64,000 nucleotides of DNA from Meyerozyma guilliermondii (lineage: Eukaryota), in assembly GCA_051546255.1 (NCBI GenBank), contig CP128817.1:124001-188000 (forward strand), given 5' to 3'. This document shows positions 63,698 to 64,000 of the stretch, piece by piece (the first letter of the stretch is position 1; every line of letters begins with the position of its first letter). The notes below the pieces were generated by a model. The model did not search any database, was not told where the DNA came from, and saw only the letters and a program-made list of their open reading frames with translations. The position numbers and the translations under genes are program-made.

Positions 63698-64000
63698 ATT
63701 TTTCGGTAGCTACTTGACAATCAGCCAGTCATCGAATCTGGGGACACTTGGGTGCTGTATGCAGTATAAAAGTGGGCTCGTCTGCAGGCCGCCAAGAGGT
63801 CTCTGCAGGACGATTCTCATCTGCACCTGCTTGTGAGGCCGCGCCTATAATTAGTGTTGACAGTGACGGCAAACAGGACACTTACCACTCGTCAAAAAGT
63901 CTTAATTTCAACGCCAAACCATCATTGCTTCACTAGGGTGTGCTGAACTAGCCTAGAAGTCACCACTCATATTCATATACGTTTTCGTGGTTCATATTTG

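Overview
Gene-dense, intron-poor chromosomal segment of a budding yeast that reads CUG as Ser (CTG clade; composition and gene content suggest a Meyerozyma/Debaryomycetaceae-like species, which is inference). About 36 protein genes, mostly housekeeping: GPI1, two tandem MFS paralogs, RPS0, SMI1, DIE2, AMA1, PIN3/LSB1, PHB2, MTC6, SRS2, RDI1, UFD2, RPL35, ARF, LIP5, IDI1, BFR1, a SPOUT methyltransferase, BGL2, CRH1, EAR1/SSH4, ABP1, EMC6, a convergent UBR2/UBR1 pair, TYS1, QCR9, SDO1, ZUO1 and GLC8. Introns missed by the ORF track were reconstructed for AMA1, UFD2, RPL35 and QCR9, plus a probable one in the RDI1 5'UTR. I recognised no transposon, rRNA or intact tRNA. The main oddity is a JlbA/IDI-4-like bZIP gene (28009-28801) with no in-frame AUG before its bZIP domain. 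An AUG-initiated 25-codon ORF in the adjacent frame ends in CTT-TAA, a candidate +1 frameshift site; non-AUG initiation, a 34-nt intron or a sequencing indel are the alternatives. Also notable: a 110-aa membrane ORF joined to GPI1 by a TAATG stop/start overlap, a candidate structured ncRNA and an Rnt1-type hairpin downstream of RPS0, and a small RGG/Ala-Gly GPI-anchored protein.
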